Positions 1-8,546 of a stretch of 64,000 bases of DNA are shown piece by piece. The stretch spans positions 840,930 to 904,929 of the forward strand of contig CP060228.1 of assembly GCA_023898565.1 (NCBI GenBank), in the 5' to 3' direction. The position numbers were made by a program, and so were the translations under genes. The DNA is from Candidatus Nomurabacteria bacterium. Lineage in GTDB: Bacteria > Patescibacteriota > Minisyncoccia > Phycocordibacterales > UBA918. Below the pieces are notes generated by a model that was not told the origin of the DNA, did no database searches, and worked only from the letters and a program-made list of their open reading frames with translations. The number at the start of each line of letters is the position of its first letter. Within the stretch, counting starts at the first letter, position 1.

Positions 1-576
1 ATGATGGCATGCGCCAAAAAGGAAGAATTCGAGGCAGCCGGCAGTATCAAGAAACGCATTTTTGCGCTCACACACATTCAAGACATTGCGCTTATCAAGG
101 ATGATATGCGGATTTACCGTGACGACCGGAATATGCGCATTGAAGCCTACGATGTCGCACATCTCCAAAGCCAAGACATGGTTGGCGTCATGACGGTCGT
201 CGAAGGCGGGGAAGCCGTAAAAAGTGAGTACCGTAAGTTTAAAATTCAGTCACTCACAGTCGCCAATGACCCAGCAGCACTTAGAGAAGTACTCTTGCGC
301 CGCCTCGCACATCCTGAGTGGCCCTTCCCGCAACTCATCGTCGTCGACGGCTCTACTGCTCAGAAAAACGCACTGGAGGCGGCGCTCCGCACCAAACAAC
401 TTGTTATTCCGGTAGTAGGTGTCGTAAAAGACGACAAGCACAAACCAATTCGTCTCATTGGACAAAAGAGCATCATCGAAAAGCACCAGTATTCCATTTT
501 ACTGGCCAATGCAGAATCGCATCGCTTCGCCATTACGTACCACCAGGAAAAGCGTCGCAAACACCTCCGTAACTAA
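1..576 (+). CDS. uvrC: Excinuclease ABC subunit C (UvrC), 3' portion (5' end outside window). Contains the RNase H-like endonuclease region but ends before any (HhH)2 domain
   Basis: Motifs RIEAYDVAH, SEYRKFKI, LIVVDG and ESHRFAITYHQEKRRK match the UvrC endonuclease region. The ORF stops right after the HR(K/Q)K(R)xK block, where UvrC normally continues into an HhH2 domain. Confidence 0.7.
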   Translation: MMACAKKEEFEAAGSIKKRIFALTHIQDIALIKDDMRIYRDDRNMRIEAYDVAHLQSQDMVGVMTVVEGGEAVKSEYRKFKIQSLTVANDPAALREVLLRRLAHPEWPFPQLIVVDGSTAQKNALEAALRTKQLVIPVVGVVKDDKHKPIRLIGQKSIIEKHQYSILLANAESHRFAITYHQEKRRKHLRN

Positions 577-603
577 TTACTGACATACTTCGTTTCAAAC
601 AAC

Positions 604-1446
604 ATGAATAGCACACAAACCATTGGATTTATTGGTCAGGGCTGGATTGGTAAACACTACGCAGATGATTTTGAAGCACGTGAATACACCACTGTACGCT
701 ACGCACTTGAAGAGCCGTACGTACAGAACAAGAGAAAGATTGCTACGTGCGCTATCACGTTCATCGCGGTACCAACTCCCACTACTCCTGATGGTTTTGA
801 CGACAGTATGCTTCGTGACGCATTGAGCGTCGTTGGTAAAGGCAAGATTGCAGTAGTTAAATCAACTACCATACCAGGCCTCATCGCTACACTCCAGACT
901 GATTTTCCAGATATTATTTTGCTTCATAGTCCTGAGTTCTTGGTAGAGAAAACAGCTGCTCACGATGCTGCCAACCCGAACCGAAATATTATTGGTTTAC
1001 CAATAGAAACGCCAAAACACCGCATGGCGGCAGAAGCTGTGTTGGCGGTGCTGCCAAAGGCACCGTACCAAAAGATTATGACCGCCAAGGAATCGGAATT
1101 AGTAAAATACGCTGGAAACTGCTTTCTCTATACCAAAGTGCTCTTTATGAATGCGCTGTATGACTTGGTTGAGCAAAGTGGCGCAGATTACGAAACTATC
1201 CGTGAAGCCGTGGTACACGATCCACGCATTGGCGAGAGTCACACCAAGCCGGTGCATGATAGCGGGCGAGGAGCTGGTGGTCACTGTTTTATCAAAGATT
1301 TCGAAGCGTTTCTGCGAATCTACGCACAACGTATGGGAGAAGACACTGGATACAAAATGCTGACCAGCATGCGCTCATACAACAATCAGCTCTTACGAGA
1401 ATCAGAGAAGGACCTTGACCTCCTAGAAGGAGTATACGGCACGTAG
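604..1446 (+). CDS. UDP-glucose/GDP-mannose 6-dehydrogenase family protein, short form (NAD-binding plus central catalytic-Cys region; no C-terminal UDP-binding domain)
   Basis: Rossmann motif GFIGQGWIGK, FIAVPTP, SPEFLVEKTAAHD and catalytic-Cys motif GGHCFIKD are present. It is 280 aa against roughly 390–440 for canonical enzymes. Confidence 0.6.
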   Translation: MNSTQTIGFIGQGWIGKHYADDFEAREYTTVRYALEEPYVQNKRKIATCAITFIAVPTPTTPDGFDDSMLRDALSVVGKGKIAVVKSTTIPGLIATLQTDFPDIILLHSPEFLVEKTAAHDAANPNRNIIGLPIETPKHRMAAEAVLAVLPKAPYQKIMTAKESELVKYAGNCFLYTKVLFMNALYDLVEQSGADYETIREAVVHDPRIGESHTKPVHDSGRGAGGHCFIKDFEAFLRIYAQRMGEDTGYKMLTSMRSYNNQLLRESEKDLDLLEGVYGT

Positions 1447-1515
1447 TGTGTATAAAAATATTTAGATGAGCAGTGATAACTTATGATTAAGTAATTGCAA
1501 TCATAAGTTTTGAAT

Positions 1516-1680
1516 ATGGATAATGAACCAATGACCACAAACGAGAACGAATTACACGACCAGATGCCTGAAGCAGAAGATGATGAGTCAAACACATCTC
1601 GACTGTCATTAAAGGTAGTGCTTGCAGCTTTGGCGATCGTAGCCATGTTTGGTTTGGTGCTGAGCAAAATGCTTTCTTAA
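1516..1680 (+). CDS. Small (54 aa) protein with an acidic N-terminus and one C-terminal transmembrane helix
   Basis: ATG at 1516, stop at 1678–1680, hydrophobic tail LKVVLAALAIVAMFGLVLSKML. It falls below the ORF-track size cutoff and was found by eye. Confidence 0.3.
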   Translation: MDNEPMTTNENELHDQMPEAEDDESNTSRLSLKVVLAALAIVAMFGLVLSKMLS

Positions 1681-1734
1681 AGTGAATTCCCAGCCTCAGT
1701 CACAACAACAGCCGAAGCATGTTAAAATGACCAC

Positions 1735-2706
1735 ATGAACGACATTCGAGTCGCAGTTTTACGCGGTGGCCCAAGCGAAGAATACGCTGTTTCAATGCAA
1801 TCTGGCTCACGAGTCTTAGCTGCTTTAGACGCACTTGAATACCCTCGAAAAGACATCGTGATTACCAAGAAAGGCGAGTGGCTCGACAACGGCTTCGTAA
1901 AAGCGCCTGAACGTGCCTTAGAAGCCGTTGATGTGGTGTTTATTGCCTTACACGGCACCTATGGCGAAGACGGGCAAGTACAGCGTATTCTGGAACGTAA
2001 ATGTATCCCGTACACTGGCAGTGCTGCTCTCACCTCAGCCATCGCATTTAATAAAGAGCTTACCAAACAAACTCTTCTCCCACACCAAATTAAAATGCCA
2101 CGCCACCGGCGCGTAACACGAGCCGACCTAGATCAGCTGGACGAAGAGTTGCCTAACATTTTCAAGGAAATCGGTGCCGAACTATTCGTTAAACCGCTTG
2201 CTAGTGGATCATCATTTGGAGCCCAGTACGTTCCCACTGAGACTGTTCTCCGAACTGCCCTTGAAGAGCTTCTTCAACAATATGAAACTGTTTTGGTGGA
2301 ACAATTTATTCGCGGCAAAGAGGCGACAGTGGGCGTCCTCAGCAATTTCCGCAACGAATCAGCCTATGTTTTGCCGGTGATTGAAATCGTTCCGCCAAAC
2401 GGCCTGCCGCTTTTCTCTCATGAAGATAAGTATAATGGCAAGACCGATGAAATTGTACCTGGTCGTTTTTCATATCATGAGAAAGCTGAGCTTACCCGCG
2501 TAGCGGCCGAAGTGCATGAAATTGTTGGCTGTCGCCATTACTCACGTAGCGATTTTATCGTAAAGGACGGAGAGGTGTACTTCCTAGAAGTAAACACACT
2601 TCCCGGACTCACGGCAGAATCACTGTTTCCAAAAGCAGCAGCGGCAGTTGGGCTTGAATACCCCCAACTCATAGACCACTTAGTCAAAACAGCGCTTACA
2701 CACTAA
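1735..2706 (+). CDS. ddl: D-alanine--D-alanine ligase
   Basis: The N-terminal VAVLRGGPSEEYAVS, HGTYGEDGQVQ and the ATP-grasp C-terminal half fit Ddl. Length is 323 aa. Confidence 0.85.
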   Translation: MNDIRVAVLRGGPSEEYAVSMQSGSRVLAALDALEYPRKDIVITKKGEWLDNGFVKAPERALEAVDVVFIALHGTYGEDGQVQRILERKCIPYTGSAALTSAIAFNKELTKQTLLPHQIKMPRHRRVTRADLDQLDEELPNIFKEIGAELFVKPLASGSSFGAQYVPTETVLRTALEELLQQYETVLVEQFIRGKEATVGVLSNFRNESAYVLPVIEIVPPNGLPLFSHEDKYNGKTDEIVPGRFSYHEKAELTRVAAEVHEIVGCRHYSRSDFIVKDGEVYFLEVNTLPGLTAESLFPKAAAAVGLEYPQLIDHLVKTALTH

Positions 2707-2843
2707 GCACACTAACAACGAGTAAAAGTCCTTGACTTACACGCTGAAGACCATTAATATAGGCGGCACTTGGGAATAAACCAAGTCCGAGCGAGCAACC
2801 TCGTTTGGCCAGTAAACAAGTTTTCTGGCCCGTCGTTCGCAGC

Positions 2844-2869
2844 GTATATACAAGCAAGCTTGTATATAG
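2844..2869. promoter_or_regulatory. Near-perfect inverted repeat CGTATATACAAGC-aa-GCTTGTATATAG, 10 bp upstream of tRNA-Ala
   Basis: Read directly from the sequence. Arms are 11–12 bp with a 2-nt spacer and are AT-rich, which suggests an operator or promoter element for the tRNA. Confidence 0.3.
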
Positions 2870-2879
2870 CTACTCACTC

Positions 2880-2952
2880 GGGCCAGTAGCTCAATTGGTA
2901 GAGCGCCTCATTTGCACTGAGGAGGCAGCGGGTTCGAATCCTGTCTGGTCCA
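2880..2952 (+). tRNA. tRNA-Ala (anticodon TGC)
   Basis: Manual cloverleaf: acceptor GGGCCAG/CTGGTCC with the G3:U70 Ala identity pair, D-stem GCTC/GAGC, anticodon stem CCTCA/TGAGG, loop TTTGCAC, T-stem GCGGG/CCTGT with TTCGAAT loop, discriminator A73. CC is encoded but not the final A. Confidence 0.85.
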
Positions 2953-2962
2953 CCGTAAAAAT

Positions 2963-2992
2963 AAAACCAGCCTTGTGCTGGTTTTATTTTTG
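2963..2992 (+). terminator. Rho-independent terminator after tRNA-Ala
   Basis: AAAACCAGC-cttgt-GCTGGTTTTATTTTTG: GC stem plus U-tract. Confidence 0.7.
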
Positions 2993-3085
2993 CGGCTTTG
3001 GATCGCTGGGAGCGAATTCGAAAGCCGGACTGAGCTTGCGAAGGAGGCGGGGTCGCGAGCACGACTGAAAGGAGTGACTTGTGAC

Positions 3086-3104
3086 CGAATCCTGTCTGGT
3101 CCAC
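3086..3104 (+). repeat. 19-nt exact direct repeat of the tRNA-Ala(TGC) 3' end (T-loop to discriminator), 150 nt downstream of the intact copy; att-site-like scar
   Basis: CGAATCCTGTCTGGTCCAC at 2935–2953 is identical to 3086–3104. Confidence 0.6.
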
Positions 3105-3109
3105 TATTC

Positions 3110-3138
3110 AAAACACCTGCATTAGCGGGTGTTTTGTT
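3110..3138 (+). terminator. Second hairpin plus U-tract, immediately after the tRNA 3' fragment
   Basis: ACACCTGC-atta-GCGGGTGTTTTGTT. Confidence 0.5.
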
Positions 3139-3152
3139 ATATAGTACTGCCG

Positions 3153-4193
3153 ATGTCATTTCTTGAGGAATACAATTACTCAATACCGGAAGAGCTCGTG
3201 GCTCATGAGCCAGCCTCACCGCGTGACAGTGCGCGATTGTTTGTCTATGACACCAAGACTAACGCTGTATCATTTCACACCGTGCGCGACCTGTCCGTAT
3301 TGCTGCCTGGCGCTCAGTTTATCTACAACAACACACGAGTAGAGCCGGCCAGGCTCAAAGGGATTGGGAATGCCAATAAACCCGTAGAGCTCTTAGTTCT
3401 GGTAGACCAAGGATTTGGCGAGCATGGGGAAGTCCGCTCGCTCGTAAACCGATTTACACCCACTGGCGAAGCAATCCACGTCGACGGGTACATTTTTTCC
3501 ATACTTGAAAATAACGAAAAAAGCATGCTTATGCAGTTTAGCGGCAGCAGGACGGAGCTCTCGCAACTACTAGAAACGTCTGGGGAAACACCCTTACCAC
3601 CATACATTCACTCTACTGAGAGCGAGGAAGTTAAGCGCACCAGGTATCAAACCATCTTCGCTGAAGACGCAGCATCAATTGCTGCACCGACGGCCTCACT
3701 ACACTTCACACGTGAATTAATTGAGTCATTACACACCACCGGCGCACACCTTGCTCCGGTAACACTTCAGGTCGGACTTGGTACCTTTGCGCCAATTTTT
3801 CCAGAGCACTTTGAAAGCGGCAAACTCCACACAGAATTCTGCTCTGTGCCAGAAGGTACCGCAAAAGCAATCCTGCAGGCAAGAGATGCTGGCAAACCAG
3901 TTGTCGCTATTGGCACCACTGTCATGCGCACTCTAGAGAGCTTTAAAGATGAGATCAAAGCTGGTACCGGTGCCTTCGGCAGTACTGAAATTTTTATTCG
4001 GCCACCGTATTCTTTCACCCACGCAGACGCATTACTGACCAACTTTCACGTGCCAAAATCAAGCCTGATGTGCTTGGTTGAAGCGTTTCTTCAAAGCAAA
4101 GGAGCAAAGCACTCGTTAGTTGATCTGTACAACATTGCCATTGAGGAAAAATTCCGCTTTTATTCCTTTGGTGACGCTATGCTTATTTTGTAG
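3153..4193 (+). CDS. queA: S-adenosylmethionine:tRNA ribosyltransferase-isomerase
   Basis: MSFLEEYNYSIPEELVAHEPASPRDSARL is a typical QueA N-terminus. The ORF-track start at 3129 overlaps the terminator, so the ATG at 3153 is preferred. Confidence 0.85.
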   Translation: MSFLEEYNYSIPEELVAHEPASPRDSARLFVYDTKTNAVSFHTVRDLSVLLPGAQFIYNNTRVEPARLKGIGNANKPVELLVLVDQGFGEHGEVRSLVNRFTPTGEAIHVDGYIFSILENNEKSMLMQFSGSRTELSQLLETSGETPLPPYIHSTESEEVKRTRYQTIFAEDAASIAAPTASLHFTRELIESLHTTGAHLAPVTLQVGLGTFAPIFPEHFESGKLHTEFCSVPEGTAKAILQARDAGKPVVAIGTTVMRTLESFKDEIKAGTGAFGSTEIFIRPPYSFTHADALLTNFHVPKSSLMCLVEAFLQSKGAKHSLVDLYNIAIEEKFRFYSFGDAMLIL

Positions 4194-4210
4194 TACAGTA
4201 GTCAGAATTT

Positions 4211-4486
4211 ATGAAAAAAGAAGACCTCGCCAGCTTCGACCATGACAAGTTTCTGCTCGTTGATATCCGTGAAGATGACGAAGTACGAATGCTGCCATCA
4301 ATTGCACAAGCTGTTCATATTCCGATGAGTCAACTTCCAGCTGTCTTGGCTGCTGGTCAAATACCACACGACAAAACCATCGTAACAATCTGCATGAGTG
4401 GTGGTCGTTGTCACACGGCAAATGCTTGGCTCGAGCAAAACGGCTTTCACACCGACCTACTTGAAGGAGGAATGGTTGAATTGTAA
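4211..4486 (+). CDS. Single-domain rhodanese-like sulfurtransferase
   Basis: 91 aa with the active-site loop CMSGGRC. Confidence 0.7.
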   Translation: MKKEDLASFDHDKFLLVDIREDDEVRMLPSIAQAVHIPMSQLPAVLAAGQIPHDKTIVTICMSGGRCHTANAWLEQNGFHTDLLEGGMVEL

Positions 4487-4514
4487 GAGCCGCGTGCTGT
4501 CATGTACGCGGCTC
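4487..4514. terminator. Bidirectional hairpin between convergent genes
   Basis: GAGCCGCGT-(10 nt)-ACGCGGCTC. Confidence 0.5.
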
Positions 4515-4518
4515 ATTC

Positions 4519-5046
4519 TTAGGGAAGGATTTCAATACTGACACGAGCTTCTCCTGAATCAATATGCTCAACAAGCGAACTAATATCCTCATCCTTCATG
4601 CGCACACAACCGGAAGAAAACTTGCCAGTTAGATGCTGATCTTTTGCTCCTCCATGAATCCGTATCGGCACCCAAAAACTAGGATTTTCAGGGTTAATCC
4701 AATGTACACGAATGCGGTACAAACCAATCGGGTGCTTCGGGTGGCCATACGGAATTGCAGTAGGTAATGCAGGATTATGCCGGAGCATATTCTCGGTTGG
4801 CCACCATGTCGGCTTATAGTCAACCTGCGTGACTTCACCGTAGATAACTTTTGTCAGGCGCATTCTCGTCTGCACCGTAGCGCGTGGCAGCACCACCGGA
4901 TACGCAGCAATGATTTGGTGAGCTTTACTAAGGAAAAGCGTCGCTGTCTTGAAATTGACACTAATGAGAAAACTGTCAGACGATGCGTGCGTAGAGCATG
5001 GAAAAGCAAGTAGAAAGAACATGTAAAGAAAAGTGATTTTCTTCAT
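4519..5046 (-). CDS. Secreted L,D-transpeptidase (YkuD domain)
   Basis: N-terminal signal peptide and the catalytic motif HGG...SSGCVRM. Confidence 0.75.
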   Translation of the reverse strand: MKKITFLYMFFLLAFPCSTHASSDSFLISVNFKTATLFLSKAHQIIAAYPVVLPRATVQTRMRLTKVIYGEVTQVDYKPTWWPTENMLRHNPALPTAIPYGHPKHPIGLYRIRVHWINPENPSFWVPIRIHGGAKDQHLTGKFSSGCVRMKDEDISSLVEHIDSGEARVSIEILP

Positions 5047-5142
5047 GACAACCTCCTTGTTACCGATCTATGTTCAGTAAATCAAATTACGCTCAGATTG
5101 CAATTCGGCTCCTGCGTAACTTTATGCTACTATGCTGCCACC

Positions 5143-5215
5143 GGGCCATTAGCTCATCCGGTAGAGCGCATCCATGGCATGGATGAGGCGAGCGGTTCGA
5201 GTCCGCTATGGTCCA
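5143..5215 (+). tRNA. tRNA-Ala (anticodon GGC); CCA encoded at 5216–5218
   Basis: Manual fold: acceptor GGGCCAT/ATGGTCC with G3:U70, D-stem GCTC/GAGC, anticodon stem CATCC/GGATG, loop ATGGCAT, T-stem AGCGG/CCGCT with TTCGAGT loop, A73 then CCA. Confidence 0.85.
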
Positions 5216-6075
5216 CCAACTATCGACGTCCGCAAATCAGCGCTGTAAGTATCACTTTCTACATCTACCAGATTGTTGTCGATGAGGTGTCTAGCCTTGG
5301 TTTCCGCAAACGAGAAGCTGGTTTCAATCAATTCTAGCTCGTACAGAATTTCATCAAAGTATCCAGGTAAGATGGTCTTCCAGGTGAGCGGGAACGTAAC
5401 GTCAGACATCTTTTCAACAGGGCGCGTAAGTTCGTTGGTACAGTTGTGAGTGAGAGTGTTATACATACGCGGTGTCTCGTGGATATTGTTAATGTCAGCT
5501 GCAAGGAGATCAAATAATTGCCTAGCCTGTTGCGGAGTTGCTTTGGTTGGATACAAATACACTCGCTCGTTGCGGTGACCAGTACGCACACCAACCACGT
5601 CATCTTCAGAACCAACCACATAAATAATTTCAAACTGACGAAGTATGCCAAGAAGGGGAGAGAAGGTTTCGTCTGACTCACGACGCGTCTCAAGAGATAC
5701 CGCGATGTGTTCTCCGTCACTAAAGGTAAAGCTGAGGAATATGTGCGCCAGCCCTTCAAAATCAGCAAAGTGTGAAATAAACACATCGACCCCTGTCATT
5801 TCATCAAGATCAAAGGACCTGGTTGTGTACATCACATCGGCTGATGAAGCTGTTGTCCAAGAAAAGTCACGATAGTTCTCAACCGTGACACCACTACTTG
5901 TCGCTGAGTACACAATACGTGGAAGCTCCTCGTGACCCAATTCCCAATCCCGGTCATGCGATGGTTGGAATATGAGTAATAGAGACAGATAAAAAACGGT
6001 AATTACTGAAAGACATATCAGTACGTACCTAAATAATTTTTTCTTGCGTGACATGCTTTTAATTGTACACGACAC
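5206..6075 (-). CDS. Membrane-anchored protein, DUF4105-like (Lnb N-terminal periplasmic domain family)
   Basis: N-terminal TM helix. The motif YNTLTHNCTNEL resembles the YNxxxxNCT signature of DUF4105, recalled from memory. The stop codon overlaps the 3' end of tRNA-Ala(GGC) on the opposite strand. Confidence 0.4.
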   Translation of the reverse strand: MSCTIKSMSRKKKLFRYVLICLSVITVFYLSLLLIFQPSHDRDWELGHEELPRIVYSATSSGVTVENYRDFSWTTASSADVMYTTRSFDLDEMTGVDVFISHFADFEGLAHIFLSFTFSDGEHIAVSLETRRESDETFSPLLGILRQFEIIYVVGSEDDVVGVRTGHRNERVYLYPTKATPQQARQLFDLLAADINNIHETPRMYNTLTHNCTNELTRPVEKMSDVTFPLTWKTILPGYFDEILYELELIETSFSFAETKARHLIDNNLVDVESDTYSADLRTSIVGGP

Positions 6076-6177
6076 AAACGAACATTTTGCTTATTGTGAA
6101 CTCCAGCGATTAAAAGCTGACTTTAGTGCTATGATTAGCGATAGATTTGCACTAAGGTTACTAGTAAGAAATAATGT

Positions 6178-8415
6178 ATGGATAATGTTTATCAACGCTT
6201 GATTGTTTACATACGCGAGCAGCTAAACAGCGGGGTTTCAGTTCGGGACATCTACCAGATACTACTGGATAATCAGTGGTCCCCTGAGCAAGCAACGGCT
6301 GCATTTGCTGATTTAGGAATTGATATTCGCGATCATGTCGCACAAACTCGCATTCCTGCGCCAGTGGAACAGGAAACAGTAATAATTGAGGAAAAGCTGG
6401 TTGAGAAATCTTTCGTTCAGGAAGAACTCACTATGGATAAGATAATTGACAAATTTATCCCAATTGCGGGAGCGCTGTTTCTGATTATTGGTTTTGGATA
6501 CTTAATCTACGCCAACGCGTGGATACACCTTTCAATGGAGATTCGTCTAACGCTTGGATTCTTCTTTAGTGTTGTGATTATTGGGGGTTCGTTTTCTTTT
6601 TCAGAGCGAATGCGATATTTTACAGATATCGGCATTGGTTCAGGTATTTTGTTGTTGTACGGAACACTCATTTACGGTTCGCGCACTACCGATCTTGCCA
6701 CCGCCATGATTCCAGAAGTAGTAACGTTGGTTACCGCCTTATTATTCACCATTGCTATTGCGTATTTTGCATCCAAGCGCAGCTCAAAAGTAATTCTCAT
6801 GCTTGGCATGATTGGCGCCTACATCACGCCATTTGTGATTGGTCAGAATGATGTTTGGGTGGAGAATATTTCCTTCAATGCTTATCTCTTGTACTTCCTT
6901 GCAATTAACGCTGCTGTATTTTTGATGGGTAGAGAAATCTCCGTTAGAGAAGTTATTCCACTCAACATCGCAGGCCTCTTCATTGGTGTCACGACCCTGT
7001 GGGGACTTTCTGCTTCAGACGACATAAACCAAGTACACACAGGTGACTTCTTTACGAGTGAACTCTTCACGGCAGTATTATTTGCAGTGTTGGTAGGATT
7101 CTCAATTTTGAGCATTTTGCTATCAGCCAAACGATTTAAGGAACAAGACGATGGATACCTTTCACTTGGCTACATTGCGCCAGTGATTTGGTTTGCACTC
7201 AATGTCAGCAATCTAGAAACGGTGCCTGATGTGGCAATCGGTCTTTTGTATGCATTTATTGCGGGTTGCTGTTTTACGGGCTGGCATATTTTGCAAGACA
7301 CCGAAACAAAGTTCCAACACACCGCTGTCTACGCAGCTGGACTTTTGTCAGCTTTTCTAGCAGTCTTCGCGCTCTTTGATGAATTTAATGTGTACACGAG
7401 CATGCTTATGGCATACTCAAGTCTTATTTTCGGAGTTCTCTACATGACTGGAGCAGGGAAGCTGGAACGTTTCGTCAGTTACACTATCGTCTCTTTGACT
7501 GGTTCAGTGCTTTCAATGAAACATATTCTGGAGGCTAGTTTAGATTACGAAACACTACTTGTAGTCATTGCCTTGATTCCTGCCATGCTTGGCTTCTTCA
7601 TTGCTAGAAAGGTTGGTGATCAGAGAATTATACCGGCCGCTGCGGCTTACTCATTTGTCTGGACGATTGTTGCATCACTCTTTGTAATTGCAGAGTTTAT
7701 TGACTACATTGACGTTGATTTCTTACTCTTCTATCTTACGCCGCTATCTGTACTATTGTACTTAGTGTGGGTTGGCCCAGAAGCGCAAAGGCAGATGTCA
7801 CATGACGTACGGTCTCGTATTTTCCGTGTAATAATGGTGTGGTTCGGAATTGGCTTCATTGCCCCGTTCTTTATGCTGGTGACGAATGTGTATCCAGCTC
7901 CAACAAATGTATACTTGTTCACACACCCTGAAATGCCAATCGACTGGCTGATGATCAAGGGTACTACTGCGACCGCGATTATGTTCATCGGTCTATGGCT
8001 CAGCAGGCAACTTCAAAAAGAACAGGTCATTAAGCGTCCATCATTCATTCTGGTAATCTTTGGCTTCTCGACACTGCTACTTACTGGTAACTATCTCATT
8101 TCTGCGATTGCAAATGACTTAAACATCGCGCATATAGATGGCGGACCACGTGCGCTAGCTACTACATTATGGTGGGCGGCAATTGCCATCTTCATGCTCT
8201 ACAAAGGCATCAAGCTAGGTAGGAATTATCATTCTGAAAAGTTGCTCGGACTGCTCCTACTCGGCATCACACTTATCAAGGTTATCTTGTATGACATTGC
8301 AACCATGTCAATGCAAAGTAAGATTATCGTACTCATGATGGTAGGTGGTGCTATGCTGCTCTTCTCGTACTTTGTAAAATCAAAGAATCTGCTCAAGCCG
8401 GAAGAAACTGACTGA
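6178..8415 (+). CDS. Large polytopic membrane protein (745 aa) with a soluble N-terminal ~80 aa and about 20 predicted TM helices; possibly DUF2339-like
   Basis: Hydrophobicity pattern only; no catalytic motifs recognised. Confidence 0.4.
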   Translation: MDNVYQRLIVYIREQLNSGVSVRDIYQILLDNQWSPEQATAAFADLGIDIRDHVAQTRIPAPVEQETVIIEEKLVEKSFVQEELTMDKIIDKFIPIAGALFLIIGFGYLIYANAWIHLSMEIRLTLGFFFSVVIIGGSFSFSERMRYFTDIGIGSGILLLYGTLIYGSRTTDLATAMIPEVVTLVTALLFTIAIAYFASKRSSKVILMLGMIGAYITPFVIGQNDVWVENISFNAYLLYFLAINAAVFLMGREISVREVIPLNIAGLFIGVTTLWGLSASDDINQVHTGDFFTSELFTAVLFAVLVGFSILSILLSAKRFKEQDDGYLSLGYIAPVIWFALNVSNLETVPDVAIGLLYAFIAGCCFTGWHILQDTETKFQHTAVYAAGLLSAFLAVFALFDEFNVYTSMLMAYSSLIFGVLYMTGAGKLERFVSYTIVSLTGSVLSMKHILEASLDYETLLVVIALIPAMLGFFIARKVGDQRIIPAAAAYSFVWTIVASLFVIAEFIDYIDVDFLLFYLTPLSVLLYLVWVGPEAQRQMSHDVRSRIFRVIMVWFGIGFIAPFFMLVTNVYPAPTNVYLFTHPEMPIDWLMIKGTTATAIMFIGLWLSRQLQKEQVIKRPSFILVIFGFSTLLLTGNYLISAIANDLNIAHIDGGPRALATTLWWAAIAIFMLYKGIKLGRNYHSEKLLGLLLLGITLIKVILYDIATMSMQSKIIVLMMVGGAMLLFSYFVKSKNLLKPEETD

Positions 8416-8434
8416 CAGTAGCGCTTTGTAAAAA

Positions 8435-8464
8435 CGCCCTGACGCAAAGCGCTCAGGGCGTTTT
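8435..8464. terminator. Bidirectional intrinsic terminator
   Basis: AAAACGCCCTGA-cgcaaagcgc-TCAGGGCGTTTT. An alternative outer hairpin AGCGCTTTG/CAAAGCGCT overlaps it. Confidence 0.7.
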
Positions 8465-8546
8465 AAATACTATAGCTTCATGAACCCGATGTACACGAAA
8501 GGTGGCTAAACGGAAGAGTATTGAAAACTAGGCAAAACACGCTTCA

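Noticed and set aside
2955-3105. Possibility that the tRNA 3' duplicate marks the end of a tmRNA or a second tRNA
   Set aside because: No 5' partner strand complementary to CTGGTCC, no D/anticodon arm, no tag-peptide reading frame. Kept only as a repeat or att-like scar.
2805-3219. ORFs 2805..3068 (+), 2874..3104 (-), 2908..3219 (-), 2975..3166 (+)
   Set aside because: All cover the tRNA-Ala(TGC), its terminators and the tRNA 3' repeat. They are translations of RNA-gene sequence, not proteins.
5098-5337. 79-aa ORF on the plus strand
   Set aside because: Entirely overlaps tRNA-Ala(GGC) and its flanks, and the sequence reads as tRNA (GSSPLWSTN... is a translated T-arm). Spurious.
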